Part shown: positions 1-12,670 of the stretch, one piece after another
How the letters are laid out: each line of letters starts with the position of its first letter
Numbering within the stretch: position 1 is the first letter of the stretch
From: the human T2T-CHM13v2.0 reference genome, Homo sapiens
Direction: 5' to 3' (one strand)
Assembly (NCBI RefSeq): GCF_009914755.1
Contig: NC_060932.1
DNA: 64,000 bases
Translations under genes and position numbers: made by a program
The notes under the pieces: generated by a model
Told to the model about the DNA's origin: nothing
What the model saw: the letters and a program-made list of their open reading frames with translations, nothing else
Databases searched by the model: none

Positions 1-29
<29 letters not shown>
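1..29. repeat. (TA)n microsatellite, cut by window edge
   Basis: Pure AT dinucleotide run. Confidence 0.95.
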
Positions 30-33
<4 letters not shown>

Positions 34-1569
34 ATTCTGAAACAAGAAGGAGGTAAATTTCATTCATTGTGTAATCATCAAAATAAAGAAAAATCTAGAA
101 GAAGTTTTTCAGCTCACCACTTGTAGATCCCAGATGAGAATACAACCTTCTGGAACATATCCCCTATGGACTGATGTCCCCAAATTTAAAATATTCCAGC
201 CTTTGGGATTCACATTTTATGAATTTTTATATGATTCATTTGTTTATTGGCATACTAATCTTTCTAGGTACATCAGAATGTATATATAAACATGGTTAGT
301 AATTGATGTAATAAGATTCAAAAGACAAAACTTAATAGAACTCTATTTTTCTAAAAACCGGACATTCTGGGCTAAAAGCACAAATAGTAAAATATAGGCC
401 ACTAAGAAGCACTTACACACTGAGCATGAGGCACACAGAGTTTAACGTTTCCCTTTGGGGTGGCAGAAATTTTTAGTAGGGTTTTTTTCTTCATTTCCAA
501 AGGCATGCAAGGGTTGGGACATCCAATCTTTAATGTGCAATAAAATGAAATGGCAATTTTCCAAGAGCCGTGAGACTGCAGCTAATTAGCACATTAATTT
601 ATATAAATAAAATTCTCTTTGCTGTTCCCCAGTGTTCTGCCTGAGAAATGCAACAAGATGAATGAACATGACAAATCAAAGTGAAATTTACAGGCTTAAA
701 ATAAAGGATACAGAAATAATCCCTTGACCTTATTCCAACTTTTCTGTCCCTGCTTCATCAGTGCAGCTCTGCCAAGAGCTCCTAAATGTATGCTCCTTGT
801 TCCACCACACTTCAATTCTAAGGAAAATTTCCCAGGAAGAGTACAACCAGTTCTTTCCTCCAGGACTTGAACTCCTAAATAAAATAGCTCAGTTTACAAC
901 TCAAGAGAACGACTCTCTTTTATTTTTACATTTACTTTTAAGATTTTCTCACGTACATTTCTTAACAAAAACATAAACATTGTTTCCATTTTTTAATATT
1001 TTCCTTGCATACAAAATATTGTGTTTAATTATTCTTAGTTTTAACTAATTTTTATGATTAACCTGAATTTTTAAAACTAAAAATTTCCTAAGGCCAAGTC
1101 AGTATTTCAAGTGAAATTGTTAGTTTAATAGAAAAGCAAACTCCTAATTACCAGGAACTTTATTTTATTCAATTTTTATTTTATTATTACTCTTAAAAAT
1201 ACATTTAATGTAGTAACTACTTTCAAATATGTATGCATACATTCTTACTGTTACATACATATCTAATACATATATCCAGATATATCCCCCTTGACAGAAG
1301 ATGGCCTGTACAACCATAGGTAGTTGGCCCTGATTATAACACAAAATTAATAAAATTAATTTTATGAAAAATACAATAGAACAGAACATAAAAGGACATA
1401 ATTTATATAGTAAATATAAGTACTGTTTTGAGACACCTCTATCAGTTATAAGTGCCTGAGTGTATACATTGTGATGAAACATGTATTTCTAGTCATGTTC
1501 ATAAAAGTTCATAAGATCCTCTATAAAGTAGAATATAGAAAAAACTAGAGTCTGGACTATTATTTCTTA

Positions 1570-2420
1570 ATTCATATATTCAATAAAAAATTATCATGAG
1601 GGTACAAGAGCGAACAAGACAGTGTGTGGTCTTATGGAATGTATGTTATAGTGAAAAATCAGAAAATAAACAAGTGAACAAAACATATATGTGATATGAT
1701 CTCTAGTGATGGTGACATAAAAGAACGTAAAGGAAGATTAGAGGATTGGAGACAGACACTAAGGGTAGCATGGGGCTGCTGTAATACAACTGTTAAAGAG
1801 GGCTCACTGAAGAGGTACTATTTGTTCACCCTGAATAGTGTGAAAAGGAGCATTTCAGCCATGGGCACAACTAATGCAAAGTTCCTGAGGTAGGAACATG
1901 ATTAGCATGTATAGAGGAGCTGCATGAAGGCCATTAGGAGTGGAGTGGGGTACCCGTTGGGGGAATGGGTACCATGACACCCAGGGAGAGGGTCAACTGC
2001 CAATGATATGGGACTTTGTCAGCCATGCCAAGGACTCTAGATTTTATCTAAAGTGGGATGGTGAAGCTGCAGGGAGAGCTTTGGCATTCCATCTCTTAAA
2101 GTGCTCTCTGGTTGCTGCATGGAGAACACACTATTGTGAGAATGTTAGAGTAATGAAAAAACCAGACTAGTTATAAAACCAAATGAAATACAGGAAAAAT
2201 AAGATAATAATACCTTGGTGTAGGATGGCAATGGTGGACGAGTGAGAAGTGGTTACAGTCAGGATACAGTTTGACCAATAGGACTTGATGATTGAAGATG
2301 AATAAGTATGAAGGTAAGAAACATATCGATGATGACTTTTTGACTTTTGGTCCTAATAATCTTGTGAATGACAGTGGAGCCTCTTGCTGATATGTGGACA
2401 GTTTTGGGAGGAGAAAAGTG
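1570..2420 (-). mobile_element. L2 LINE 3' fragment
   Basis: Degenerate antisense L2 3' end (ttcatatattcaataaaaaatt...gaacaagacag) followed by typical purine-rich antisense L2 sequence. Confidence 0.65.
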
Positions 2421-2489
2421 GGCTGGGTGATTGGTTAATTAGCCTTTTCCCCTTTTTTCTCTGATTAATATTTTACCATTATTATAGCA

Positions 2490-3200
2490 TTCCAATGAAC
2501 ATTGATTAAGGAATTACTAAGAGCCAGACTCTGTGCAAAATCCTGGGACTATAAAGTCAAAATAAAAACAGTTTTACACAAACAAAAACAAAACTAGAAA
2601 TTACGGCATGCTGTAATTTGTGCTATAATAAGTATACAAAGAGAATATACTGGAAGGCAGAGTAAAGAACCTTTATTAATTTAATGGGCAATCAAGTATT
2701 TCCAATCAAAGTGAAACGGAAGCTGTGTTTCAAAAGATAGGTTGAGATTAACAAGAATAACAGCTTGTGGAGGAAATGGAGAACACTCCAGGTGTAAAAA
2801 ACAGAATGGGCAAGAGCATAAAGAAATAAAGCACGTGTGTTGGAAACCTAGTTCACTGTAATCAGGTCTATGTTGGATATTGGCAAATTATGTAGCTAAA
2901 ATGGTAGGCAGGGACAAGATCATATAGAGCCTTGTTTATTGAGCTAAGGGGTTTGAGTTTTTACTAAAATCTATAAAGACGTTACAGGATTAAAATCAGG
3001 GGAAATGATATGATAAGATAAACTGGATGGGGACCAGGCCAAAGGCAGAAAATACAGTAAGGATGCTTTTGTAGGAATCAAAAATAGATATGTTGAGATC
3101 CTAAATTAAGGCATTGAGAGCAGGGATGAAAAAAGGAGATTATGTTTTCACTCTATTAAGGAAGTAAGCGTTGTAAGATGAGCACTGGACGAGAGAGGAA
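2490..3200 (-). mobile_element. L2 LINE 3' fragment (second copy)
   Basis: cattccaatgaacattgattaag...ccagactctgtgcaaaatcctgggactataaag resembles the antisense L2 3' terminus. Confidence 0.6.
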
Positions 3201-3827
3201 GATGATGTCAGTGAAAGTGCACTAAGAGTGTAAGCAGATGACCCTTTAGATCCACTTTATGCTTGGTCAGGAAATATTTAGAGATCTAATCATAACACCT
3301 AGTCAGATCCCTTGCATGACTCCAGTTCTCTAATTTAGGCTCTTCCTGAGTCCTGGACAATTTACACGCTGGGTCCTGATTTCTGTCATAATAAACTCCC
3401 TGACCTTCCTTTTTCCTTTGACCTGTAATCTTCCTATTGCTCCACTGCAAGTAGCACGTGGTTGAGTGAAGGACAATGGTATTGACCTTACACATAGTGC
3501 AGGATTACTCTCTAACCAGCGGTTTGACCTACAGCAAATTTCATTTTTCCTGAATGTAATCATAAGATTATGTGTCATGGTGAGAAATTAGAAAAAGTAA
3601 GAATGCCCAATAATATATAATTAGTTAAATGATTTTGAATATCATAAAATACAAGGAATTTCCAAAAAGTTCATAGAAAATGTGTATTTTGTAAAAAAGT
3701 ATACCTAAATTTCAACATTTTTTGCACCAAAATAAACTTGCATTCACTGTTATGTCTGAACAGAATCTAGTTTGAGGCACTTAGAAGAATAAGACACCAG
3801 TTTGAAAAAAGCCCCTATCAGAGCATT

Positions 3828-4908
3828 ATGAATTCTGCTAAAATTAAAGTAAGAATAAACATCAAATTTTTGATGAAGCTTGGGTTGAAAATGGTGAAAT
3901 AATTGATGCTTTATAAAAAGTTTATAGGGACAATGCCCCAAAGTAATCAGTAGTTTACAAATAGATAACTCATTTTAAGAAAAGACAAGATGATGTTTAG
4001 ATGAAGCCTGCAGCAGCAGACCATCCGCATCAATATGTCAGGAGAAAAAAATTAATCTTGTTTGTGCCCTAACTGAAGAGGGCCAGCAGTAAACAGCAGA
4101 ACCAATAGCCAATACCATAGACATTTCAATTGGGTCAGCTTACACAATTCTTACTGAAAAATTAAAGTTGAGCAAACTTTCCACTCGATGGGTGCCAAAA
4201 CCATTGCACACAGATCAGCTGCAGACAAGAGCATGGCTTTCAATGGAAATTTTTAAGAAGTGGAATCAAGATCCTGGAGCATTACTTCGATGAATTATCA
4301 CAGTATGTGAAACATATCTTTACCAACATGAACCTGAAGACAAAGCAATATCAAAGCAATAGCAACCAAGAGGTGGCAGTGGTCCAGTGAAAGCCAAAGT
4401 GGACCAGTCAAGAGCAAAGGCCATGGCAACATTTTGTGTTTTGTTTTGTTTTGTTTTGTTTTGTTTTGTTTTGTTTTGTTTTGATGCTCAAGACATTTCT
4501 GGAGGGCCAAAGAACAATAACATCTTATTATGAGAGTGTTTTGAGAAAGTTACCAAAGCTTTAGCAGACAAAGCCCCAGGAAAGCTCTACTAGAGGGTCC
4601 TTCTTCACCACATCAGTGCTCCTGCTCAATCCTCTCATCAAACAAGGGCAATTTTGTGAGAGCTTTGATGGGAAATTCTTAGACCTCCAACTTAAAGTCC
4701 TGATTTGGCTTCTTGTGGCTTCTTTTTGTTTCCTTGTCTTAAAAAGTCTTTAAAGGGCACCCAATTTTCTTCAGTTAATAATGTAAAAAAGACTACATTG
4801 ACATGGTTTAATTTCCGGAATGCTCAGTTATTTAAGTGTGGACTAAATGGCTGGTATTATCACTTACAAAAGTGTCTTGACCTTGATGGAGCTTATATTG
4901 AGAAATAA
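3828..4908 (+). pseudogene. Decayed HSMAR2 transposase
   Basis: ATG at 3828 (MNSAKIK...), with multiple stops and frameshifts. The GDETW, HDNA and PSD catalytic motifs are all altered (near 4300, near 4610, near 4715). Confidence 0.88.
4438..4483. repeat. (GTTTT)9 microsatellite inside HSMAR2
   Basis: Directly visible perfect pentamer array. Confidence 0.95.
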
Positions 4909-4920
4909 AGTGTGTATTTT

Positions 4921-5684
4921 ATATACATATATAAATATGTTTATATTTTATATACATATATAAATATGTTTATATTTTATATACATATATAAATATGTTT
5001 ATATTTTATATACATATATAAATATGTTTATATTTTATATACATATATAAATATGTTTATATTTTATATACATATATAAATATGTTTATATTTTATATAC
5101 ATATATAAATATGTTTATATTTTATATACATATATAAATATGTTTATATTTTATATACATATATAAATATGTTTATATTTTATATACATATATAAATATG
5201 TTTATATTTTATATACATATATAAATATGTTTATATTTTATATACATATATAAATATGTTTATATTTTATATACATATATAAATATGTTTATATTTTATA
5301 TACATATATAAATATGTTTATATTTTATATACATATATAAATATGTTTATATTTTATATACATATATAAATATGTTTATATTTTATATACATATATAAAT
5401 ATGTTTATATTTTATATACATATATAAATATGTTTATATTTTATATACATATATAAATATGTTTATATTTTATATACATATATAAATATGTTTATATTTT
5501 ATATACATATATAAATATGTTTATATTTTATATACATATATAAATATGTTTATATTTTATATACATATATAAATATGTTTATATTTTATATACATATATA
5601 AATATGTTTATATTTTATATACATATATAAATATGTTTATATTTTATATACATATATAAATATGTTTATATTTTATATACATAT
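4921..5684. repeat. AT-rich minisatellite, 29-bp unit ATATACATATATAAATATGTTTATATTTT, 26 copies plus a partial
   Basis: Unit 1 starts at 4921 and unit 26 at 5646 (725 = 25x29). Copies look identical. Confidence 0.97.
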
Positions 5685-5699
5685 TAAAATATATATATA

Positions 5700-5903
5700 T
5701 TTGAGACAGGGGATCATTCTGCCACCTAGGCTGAAGAGCAGTGGTGCAATCACAGCTCACGGCAGCCCTGACCCTCCCAGGCTCAAGTGACCCTCCTGCC
5801 TCAGCTTCCCAAACAGCTGGGACCACAGGTGCACACCATCATGCCCAGCTAACTTTGTGATTTTTTTTCACAGATGAGGTATCACTATGTTGCCCAGGAT
5901 GGT
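5700..5903 (-). mobile_element. AluJ, 5'-truncated
   Basis: Antisense Alu right arm plus part of the left arm, with J-like features (cacagctcac, gctcaagtga, cactatgttgcccagg). Confidence 0.88.
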
Positions 5904-5989
5904 ATTTTTATCTTTTAATTTCATTTTTCCACTAACTTTTTGAAGTCTCCTTCTAATATACAGCATTAAATTTCATGCTTTTGGAATAT

Positions 5990-6235
5990 TTAATAACAGA
6001 AAATGTGCATGATATCTTACATAAATAGAAAGCAGTTTATAAAGCTGCATATTTTAACTATACAAATAGATATATACTATAGAAAAATTTGAAAAGATAT
6101 ATTAAAAATGATATTGTTTGTTTATCTTCATGAAAAGTGATTATGGGTAATTGTTATTTTCCTCCTGGCGACTTTTTTGTATTTATTATATTTTCTACAA
6201 CAAAATATAGGTACATTATATATCAGCAAAAAATA
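5990..6235 (+). mobile_element. Ancient L1ME-type 3' end
   Basis: gattatgggtaattgttattttcctcc...ttttctacaac...tatatatcagcaaaaaa resembles the L1ME 3' terminus. Confidence 0.55.
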
Positions 6236-6344
6236 TATAATCTGTGGTTTGCTCATCCCCAACAAGAATTTCAAATACAGTATATATCAGATTAGGATAT
6301 ATTCAGCTGCAAGTACCAGAAACCTCCATTAAAAATGTATTAAA

Positions 6345-8065
6345 GAGACTTCTGCTTCCACTTAGGATAAAGACAGTGTCAGGATAGTGTTGCTTCCATC
6401 TTGACATTGAGAATAAGCCAGATAACCTATTTAAGCATAGCTGTGGTGGTGTTGTTTTAAACCATCACAGAGCTGAGGAAGCAAAGAAACGTAAATAACA
6501 AGAATGTAGAAAAATGACAAGCTCTTCCTAGGAGAGTATAAATGAATACAAAAATTCACAATCACTTTCATTTTTTGGATGAACAATGAGAAGTGAAGGA
6601 CAGGAGTAAAATAAGATCACTGGAATTTTTAGAAATTGGTAAGGCCACTATGGAGAGACATGACAGGATCCAGTGGACAGTAGCCACATACAGAAATTGC
6701 ACCCACCTTCCAACTCTGTCCTATAGGCATTCATTAAGTGCCATTAGAAAACTGAATAGGGCTGGGGGCCTGGTGAGGGCTGAGGGCAGGGTAGGCAATT
6801 CCATCCCCCACAAAATAGGAAGCAGCGGCTGTCAAGGCTGCTGGAGGGGCAAGAGATCTGGGAGAAATCACCTCCTGATGCCCAAGCATGCAGGGCCTAC
6901 CAAACCTGGAGGCAGGGCCACAGAAATGAGAGAAACCCTTCACGAACTCTCCAGGCCTTCACCAAGTCTACCACTTCAGCCCTGCTGAGCTGGGCATGTA
7001 GCAGCAGGTGGAAGTAAGTCCCCAAGGCACAGGAAGCTAAGGGCAGTACTGGCAAGCAGGAAATACCCAGCCTATCTACCAGGCAGGAGCCCCCTAGAAG
7101 CATGATTAGATCTCCCATGGATTGAAAGCTGGTAGTGGACTGTAAAGCACAAAAGGATATCTACAGTCTCTGAGTGCTCAGATCTCCAGCCTGGCAGAAA
7201 AGAAGGTCCTAATTTTGACCTCACATCACGTGAAGGCATTGGTGAATTGAATCAAACTAAAGAGACAGCAGACTTAACTCATTTCTAGATTACATTGGCT
7301 CAGCCTTCCACCCTAATGGCCTGAGAGACAAATGAGCCCACCCTCTTCTGAGTTTTACTATTGTTTACCCCAGTCTCTGCTGTTCTTCTAGACATAATAT
7401 CTTGAATGCAATAAAAATATTATGATGCATATAAAAAAGAAAGAAAACATGACTTATCATCAATAGAAGCAGACCTAGAAATAAAATAAAGATTGAAATT
7501 ATCAGGCAGAGACTTAAAAAATATCATAATGAAAGTGTTAAAGGAAAGTAAAAAAAATGGACAACAAAAGTAAACAGAGAGGTAATTTCATCAACATCAT
7601 GAAAATAATAGTAATAAAAAAAAGCCAAATGAAAAAGTAGAATAGAAAGTAACAATATCAAAACATGAATGATTCATTTGATGGATTTATCAGTACACCA
7701 GACACAGAAATAAAAAAATCAGTGAACTTGAAGACAAGTCAATAGACATTATCTAAACTAAAACTCAAAGAGAAATAGAAATAGAACAGATTATCTGAGA
7801 TCTTTGAGACAATAGTAAACAGTGTAACATAAATAATTGGAGTTACAGAAGGAGAGAAGATAGAAAGTGTGCTAAAAAGAATACTTGAAGAGACAATAGC
7901 CAAGAATTTGCCAAAGTTGATGAAATACATCAAGCATAACCAAGATATCAACAACAAATATATCCGCCTGTGAACACCACGTAGGTTAAATATCAAGAAA
8001 ACTGCATCAACCAAGGCATATCATAACAAAACTTCTGAAAGTCAACAATAACAAAATATTAAGTA
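6345..8065 (+). mobile_element. Ancient L1M 5' UTR and ORF1 fragment
   Basis: Starts gagacttctgcttcc. A-rich ORF1 remnants include aatcagtgaacttgaagacaagtcaatagac and aattggagttacagaaggagagaag. Confidence 0.75.
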
Positions 8066-8252
8066 ATATATACAGAAAATAACAGTTATTATCTCATATC
8101 ATAACAGGTCTGGAGATGGAACAATTCCAGAATTAACTAGTTCAGCACCTCATCCATGACAAGAGCTCAGATTCTTTTCTTCTCCCTTCTTTGCCATACT
8201 TAGCAAACAGCCTGCTCCCTTTGTGGTCAAAGATGCTTATAGTAGCACCAGG

Positions 8253-8817
8253 TGTAAGGTACATGGATGTGCTTTGGTCAAGGATAGGCCGAGGCAGACA
8301 TCAGGCCTGTGTGACTCAGGCAGCACACCTCTACTTGTTATAGAACTTGTTTGTGTAAGTTCTTGCTTGGCTCTGAGACACTGTTGTCTGTAAAATGTAT
8401 AATTGCCCTGCTGACACCGTGCACAGGGCTCGGCTTGACATGACTTGACATTGTATAGGTGCTCTTGTGCAGGCACTGGCACCCAGAGAGAGAGAGTAAA
8501 GCTACTGGCCCCTCTAAGGAAGAATGACCATCTATCAGAGGGACAGCAGGGAGCCAGGAACCAGCTTGTGCCCAAAGAGAGAAAGAGTTAAGGTGCCGAC
8601 CCTGAAGGTAAAAGAGAACAGGCCGTGTATCTGTGCATGGGAGCCACCAGCTCAAGCAGCCGAGACAAGGCGGACTAGTGTGAGTTGTTGATAAGAGAGC
8701 TGCTGAATAAAGCTATATTTCACCTACCTACGCACCCCCGAGTGTTTTTTCAGCTGTCCACTCACTCCCTTCGGACCTCAGCTGGGGCTGGACCCTAACG
8801 TGGACTTGAACCTGACA
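8253..8817 (+). mobile_element. Solo LTR, LTR18 family (ERVL; length suggests LTR18B)
   Basis: TG...CA ends. Starts tgtaaggtacatggatgtgctttggtcaaggataggccgagg. 5-bp TSD ccagg/ccaag; AATAAA at 8706-8711. Confidence 0.85.
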
Positions 8818-8883
8818 CCAAGAAATACATCATTGCACACATCCAAAGACCAGAAGAGAGAGAGGTTCTCCTTTTTGTACCTC

Positions 8884-9042
8884 TTTTTTTTTATACTTTA
8901 AGTTTTAGGGTACATGTGCACAACGTGCAGGTTAGTTACATATGTATACATGTGCCATGTTGGTGTGCTGCACCCACTAACTCGTCATTTAACATTAGGT
9001 ATATCTCCTAATGCTATCCCTCCCCCCTCCCCCCACCCCACA
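8884..9042 (-). mobile_element. Young L1PA 3'-end fragment
   Basis: Near-consensus antisense primate L1 3' end (ttatactttaagttttagggtacatgtgcacaacgtgcagg...) stopping at the C-rich tract. Confidence 0.95.
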
Positions 9043-9569
9043 TGAGAAACCCTTCCCACAACCTGAAAGACTGGTCCTTCCTGCTAGAATTGCACCACAT
9101 CTCATTCACAAACTAATCACCAGCAAAGAAAAAATAATTGTCGTTAGCTTATTCTAACTAATACTGACGTTTGAGGCCTCCTCTGAAGTGATCCTTCATA
9201 TCTTTGCCAAAACAAGAGTTATTTTACCAAAGAAGAATAGGCAGTTGGAAAAAAACAAAAAACAAAAAACAAAAAACAAACAGGGAGTACACGTATTTGG
9301 CATTTATTACAATGAAAATTTACAGGTGCAGTAGGAAACGATTTCATGTTTCAACATAGAAAGGATGAATGTAATGTCAAATCTTACAATTGCATTACTA
9401 ATAATATTGCTACATCTCTGCGTAGCTCATATCACTATTTGATTATTCTTATATTTCTTCCAACAACCTGCACTGGGTCCCAAGGATAATAAAGAGGCAT
9501 TGTTTCTGTTCTCAGAGTTTCCTTTGTAAAGGGTGAAAATAGACCTAAAACAAATGAGTGCCATTGGAA

Positions 9570-9770
9570 GACTCAATAGCAGAGTATAATCTGAATTTAG
9601 CTCCTTCTCTTACTAGCTCAATTACCTTGAACATGGTACCTGATCTCTCTAAGCCTTGAGGATATGCAATGGGTAAAGGAGCCAATAGGTATCATTCTTA
9701 TATGATTACAGTGACTCCAAAATAGATATTCCATAACGTGTTAAGTAAAAGTATTCGATAAACATTTGAC
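9570..9770 (+). mobile_element. MIR SINE
   Basis: Core ctcttactagct...ccttgaacatggtacctgatctctctaagcct. Confidence 0.65.
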
Positions 9771-10089
9771 ATCTTTATTATTATTGATTAATATGTTTAT
9801 AGATTTTAGTAGGTGTGCATACAGAGCAATGGTTGAGAAAGTTAATATATAAATAGTAGAGCTTGAATAGATGTTCATCTGTTATAGGAAGGACTGAGAA
9901 ACTAGTAAAAGGATTTTCTGGGAGAATGACCAGCACACACAAAAAAGATACAGAGGCATGAAAAATGAAGGTGGAGGGATCCAGGAAAAGCGTACAAACC
10001 TGAGTGCAGGCTTTATGAGTGGAATCTAGGGCTAGGAGGAGAAGATGTGCAAGGACATTAAGTTGAGGCATAAAGAATCACATATAATG

Positions 10090-10491
10090 TGTTAAATTAA
10101 GTTAAAATTTGGCCCAAAGATGCCTTTGTACTTTGAATCCCTATGTAGCGAGCTGCAACCCAACTTAGTATGTAAACAGACTGCACCCTACTAAAGAGTA
10201 TATTGTCGTAATAAATAGCTGAGTCTCAGCCAATCACAGCAGCTGAGATTCATTCAATCACAGGTTGCCCACTGATCAGACCACATCCCTACAAGGTAAA
10301 CACCCAGCTGTAACCAGTCGAGCTGTTTTTCTAGGGTACTTTCTTTTTCTGTCTATAAATACTGCCTGCCCACATTGCTGGGTGGAGCTCTCTGAACCTC
10401 TCCTGGTTCTGAGTGCCATTTAGTTCATGAATAGTTCTTCACCCAAATGAATTTTATTAAATTTAATTGGTCTAAAGTTTTTCTTTTAACA
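10090..10491 (+). mobile_element. Solo LTR, MER57 family (ERV1), inserted in an L2 remnant
   Basis: tgttaaattaag...tttttcttttaaca termini, CCAAT-like boxes, TATA (ctataaata), 4-bp TSD aatg/gatg. Confidence 0.8.
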
Positions 10492-11859
10492 GATGTAATT
10501 AGGGTATCAGACTCTATTCTATAGGCAATAGGGCATCATTAAAGGATTTTAAACAATAAGGTAGCAATACCAGATGCCATTTCCAAAGACCATTATAGCA
10601 ACAATGGGTGCTGATGGACATTCAGATAGAGAGAGAGCATTTCTCTTTGCCTTAGAAATATAATGACATAGAAGAGTTGCAATACTCCAGGTGGCAAATC
10701 ATGAAGGCCTAGAATCAGGCCACAAAGAAAGGCTGGAAGAAAAGGGAGCAGTTATGAGACATGTTATGGGAAAACTTAGTTCATGGGAGAAAAACAAGTT
10801 TGAATACTATAACATTTGAAATTTATCATTAAAAAATTAAAAAGCTATTGAATGACTTTCAATTATAAACAGTAACAAAAATATTAGTAAATACAATGTT
10901 GTAAAGAAGGCATTCTGCAAATGCGCATAGATTATTAGGAAAATCATTTGGAAGATATTATTTGTAGCCAGTAGGTACTATTAAGCTACTTAAAACCAGC
11001 CTGAATGTTTAAGCAAGATAAATATTTCCTTCTAGAGTAACAGAGCAATTTTGTATACTTTATTAATCTAATTCAGAAGTCTTTTTTTAAAAGACAAGTT
11101 TATATTAAAGCTCACTCCGTTAATGGTTGAACTATTACAAATTATAAATTAGCAGATTGTGAAGTAATGAGTTTTTAAAATATTTAGACTTAATCTCTAA
11201 TGCTGAAATTTAAATTTCTCTATTATTTGTTTCTCTGGAGATAAAATAAAACTGCTTTACCCTGATAATTTAGGATGTGGTTCGAATGGAGAACACATGT
11301 AAGTACCTTATGGATTCACCACTTAATTTATAAATGAATTAACATTTCCTCCTGGACAAAAATCTCTTTCTCTATTAATCCTGGTGTATTGACAATACCC
11401 TGTATTCCTCTTTCATGTCTTTCTCAATCAGTTTAGAGCAGTCTGTCAGGGTTATTCATTAATCCTCACTTCATGTGAAGCAAAGCAGTTATAGGCTTTA
11501 TCCCCATTTCACAGATAATTTCTTTAGGCAAAATTCTCTAACACATAATGCATTCAAAAGTAATTTTTATACAAAATTTATTACTTGTATTATTTGCTGT
11601 CAGTTATAAAAATGGAAAACTTTTCTGCTTTCTTTGCTTCTCTGCAATCCAGTTAATGACACTTAAGGCTACAACCTGAAATTTAGTATGTTACTGGTGA
11701 TTTAGCAAGAAGATTTGTGAAGCATTGAGCAATCTCGTATTATAATTTTCATAATTTTGTATTAGTCCAATCTGCTTAATTGAAGGATTATATTCCGGTG
11801 ACCATTTTGGCTTTAGGAGTCTAAAGAGCATAAAATGGAGACAAGTTAGAAAGATGTTT

Positions 11860-12040
11860 AAACCAGTAGCAGGTCTCTGGTCCCAGTTCTGTCAGTAGTT
11901 GTCCTTCTTTGGATAGTTCATTCGAGAGCTTTCTGGATTCACTTGCATATCTCTAAATTGGGGATCACACCCCTGGATCTACTTAATGTAATGGACGCTA
12001 TGTCAATGAATGTAAAAATTTGTCTAAAAAGATGAATTCA
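11860..12040 (+). mobile_element. MIR SINE
   Basis: ctctggtcccagttctgtcagtagttgt...catatctctaaattgggga. Confidence 0.55.
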
Positions 12041-12164
12041 ATAAAAATACTTTCTATTTTATAATCATGACGCAAAGGGCTTCCTTTAGCTCCTTTACAG
12101 GTTTTTAATAATAAAATATAAAAATAATTTTATTTTTTAATATAAAAATAATTTCTGAATCTCT

Positions 12165-12670
12165 ACTTTTTAAAAGTTAATATTATGTTTAATGGACAAA
12201 TCATAATTGTATACTTTTATGGGATATAATGTGATGTCCTGATATGTGTAAACAATGTGAAATAATTAATTCAAAATGATTAACATATTTATCACCTTGC
12301 TTACCTATCAATTTTTGTGGTAAGACATTTGAAATTTAGTTATTTTGAAATATGCATTATTTATTATTCACTATGGCTACTCTGTTATGCAATAGATCTC
12401 AAAATGTAATTTTCCCCATCTATTTGAAACTTTATAACCTTTGACCAACGATTCCTCCATTTTCTCTCCCACCCCTCAGCCTCTAGCAACCATCATTCTA
12501 CTCTCTACTTCTATGAGTTTGATTTTTTAGATTTCACATATAAGTGAAATTATGCAACATTTGTCTTTCTGTGCTTGGTTTACTTCACTTACCTTAATGT
12601 CCTCCAGGTTCATCCACATTGCCCCAAATGACAGAACTTCCTTCTTTATTAAGGGTGAATAATAGCACAA
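12165..12670 (-). mobile_element. L1MA (about MA8-10) 3' end
   Basis: Antisense 3' UTR and ORF2 end (cattctactctctacttctatgagtttg...gatttcacatataagtgaaattatgc). Confidence 0.85.

Larger units (their letters stand above)
3652..5953 (+). mobile_element. HSMAR2 mariner DNA transposon, full length, interrupted by a VNTR and an Alu
   Basis: TA-flanked TIRs (caaggaatttccaaaaagttcatagaaaatg at left; catttttccactaactttttgaagtctccttc at right). Mariner transposase remnants include WVPKPL near 4189 and the C-terminus WYYHLQKCLDLDGAYIEK* ending at 4908. Confidence 0.93.
6287..9240 (-). mobile_element. Old MaLR LTR (MLT1J/K-like) split into about four pieces by later insertions
   Basis: tcagattaggatatattcagctgcaagtaccagaaacc (6287-6330) continues at about 8070-8252, 8818-8883 and 9042-9240. 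Confidence 0.55.

Noticed and set aside
3828-4908. Domesticated or active mariner transposase
   Set aside because: Multiple stops and frameshifts, a microsatellite insertion and altered catalytic motifs.
4921-5684. CRISPR-like regular repeat
   Set aside because: Head-to-tail identical units with no spacers and no cas genes, in a eukaryotic context.
6593-7118. 131-aa ORF and antisense ORFs
   Set aside because: Within the GC-richer 5' UTR of an ancient L1; no recognisable domain.
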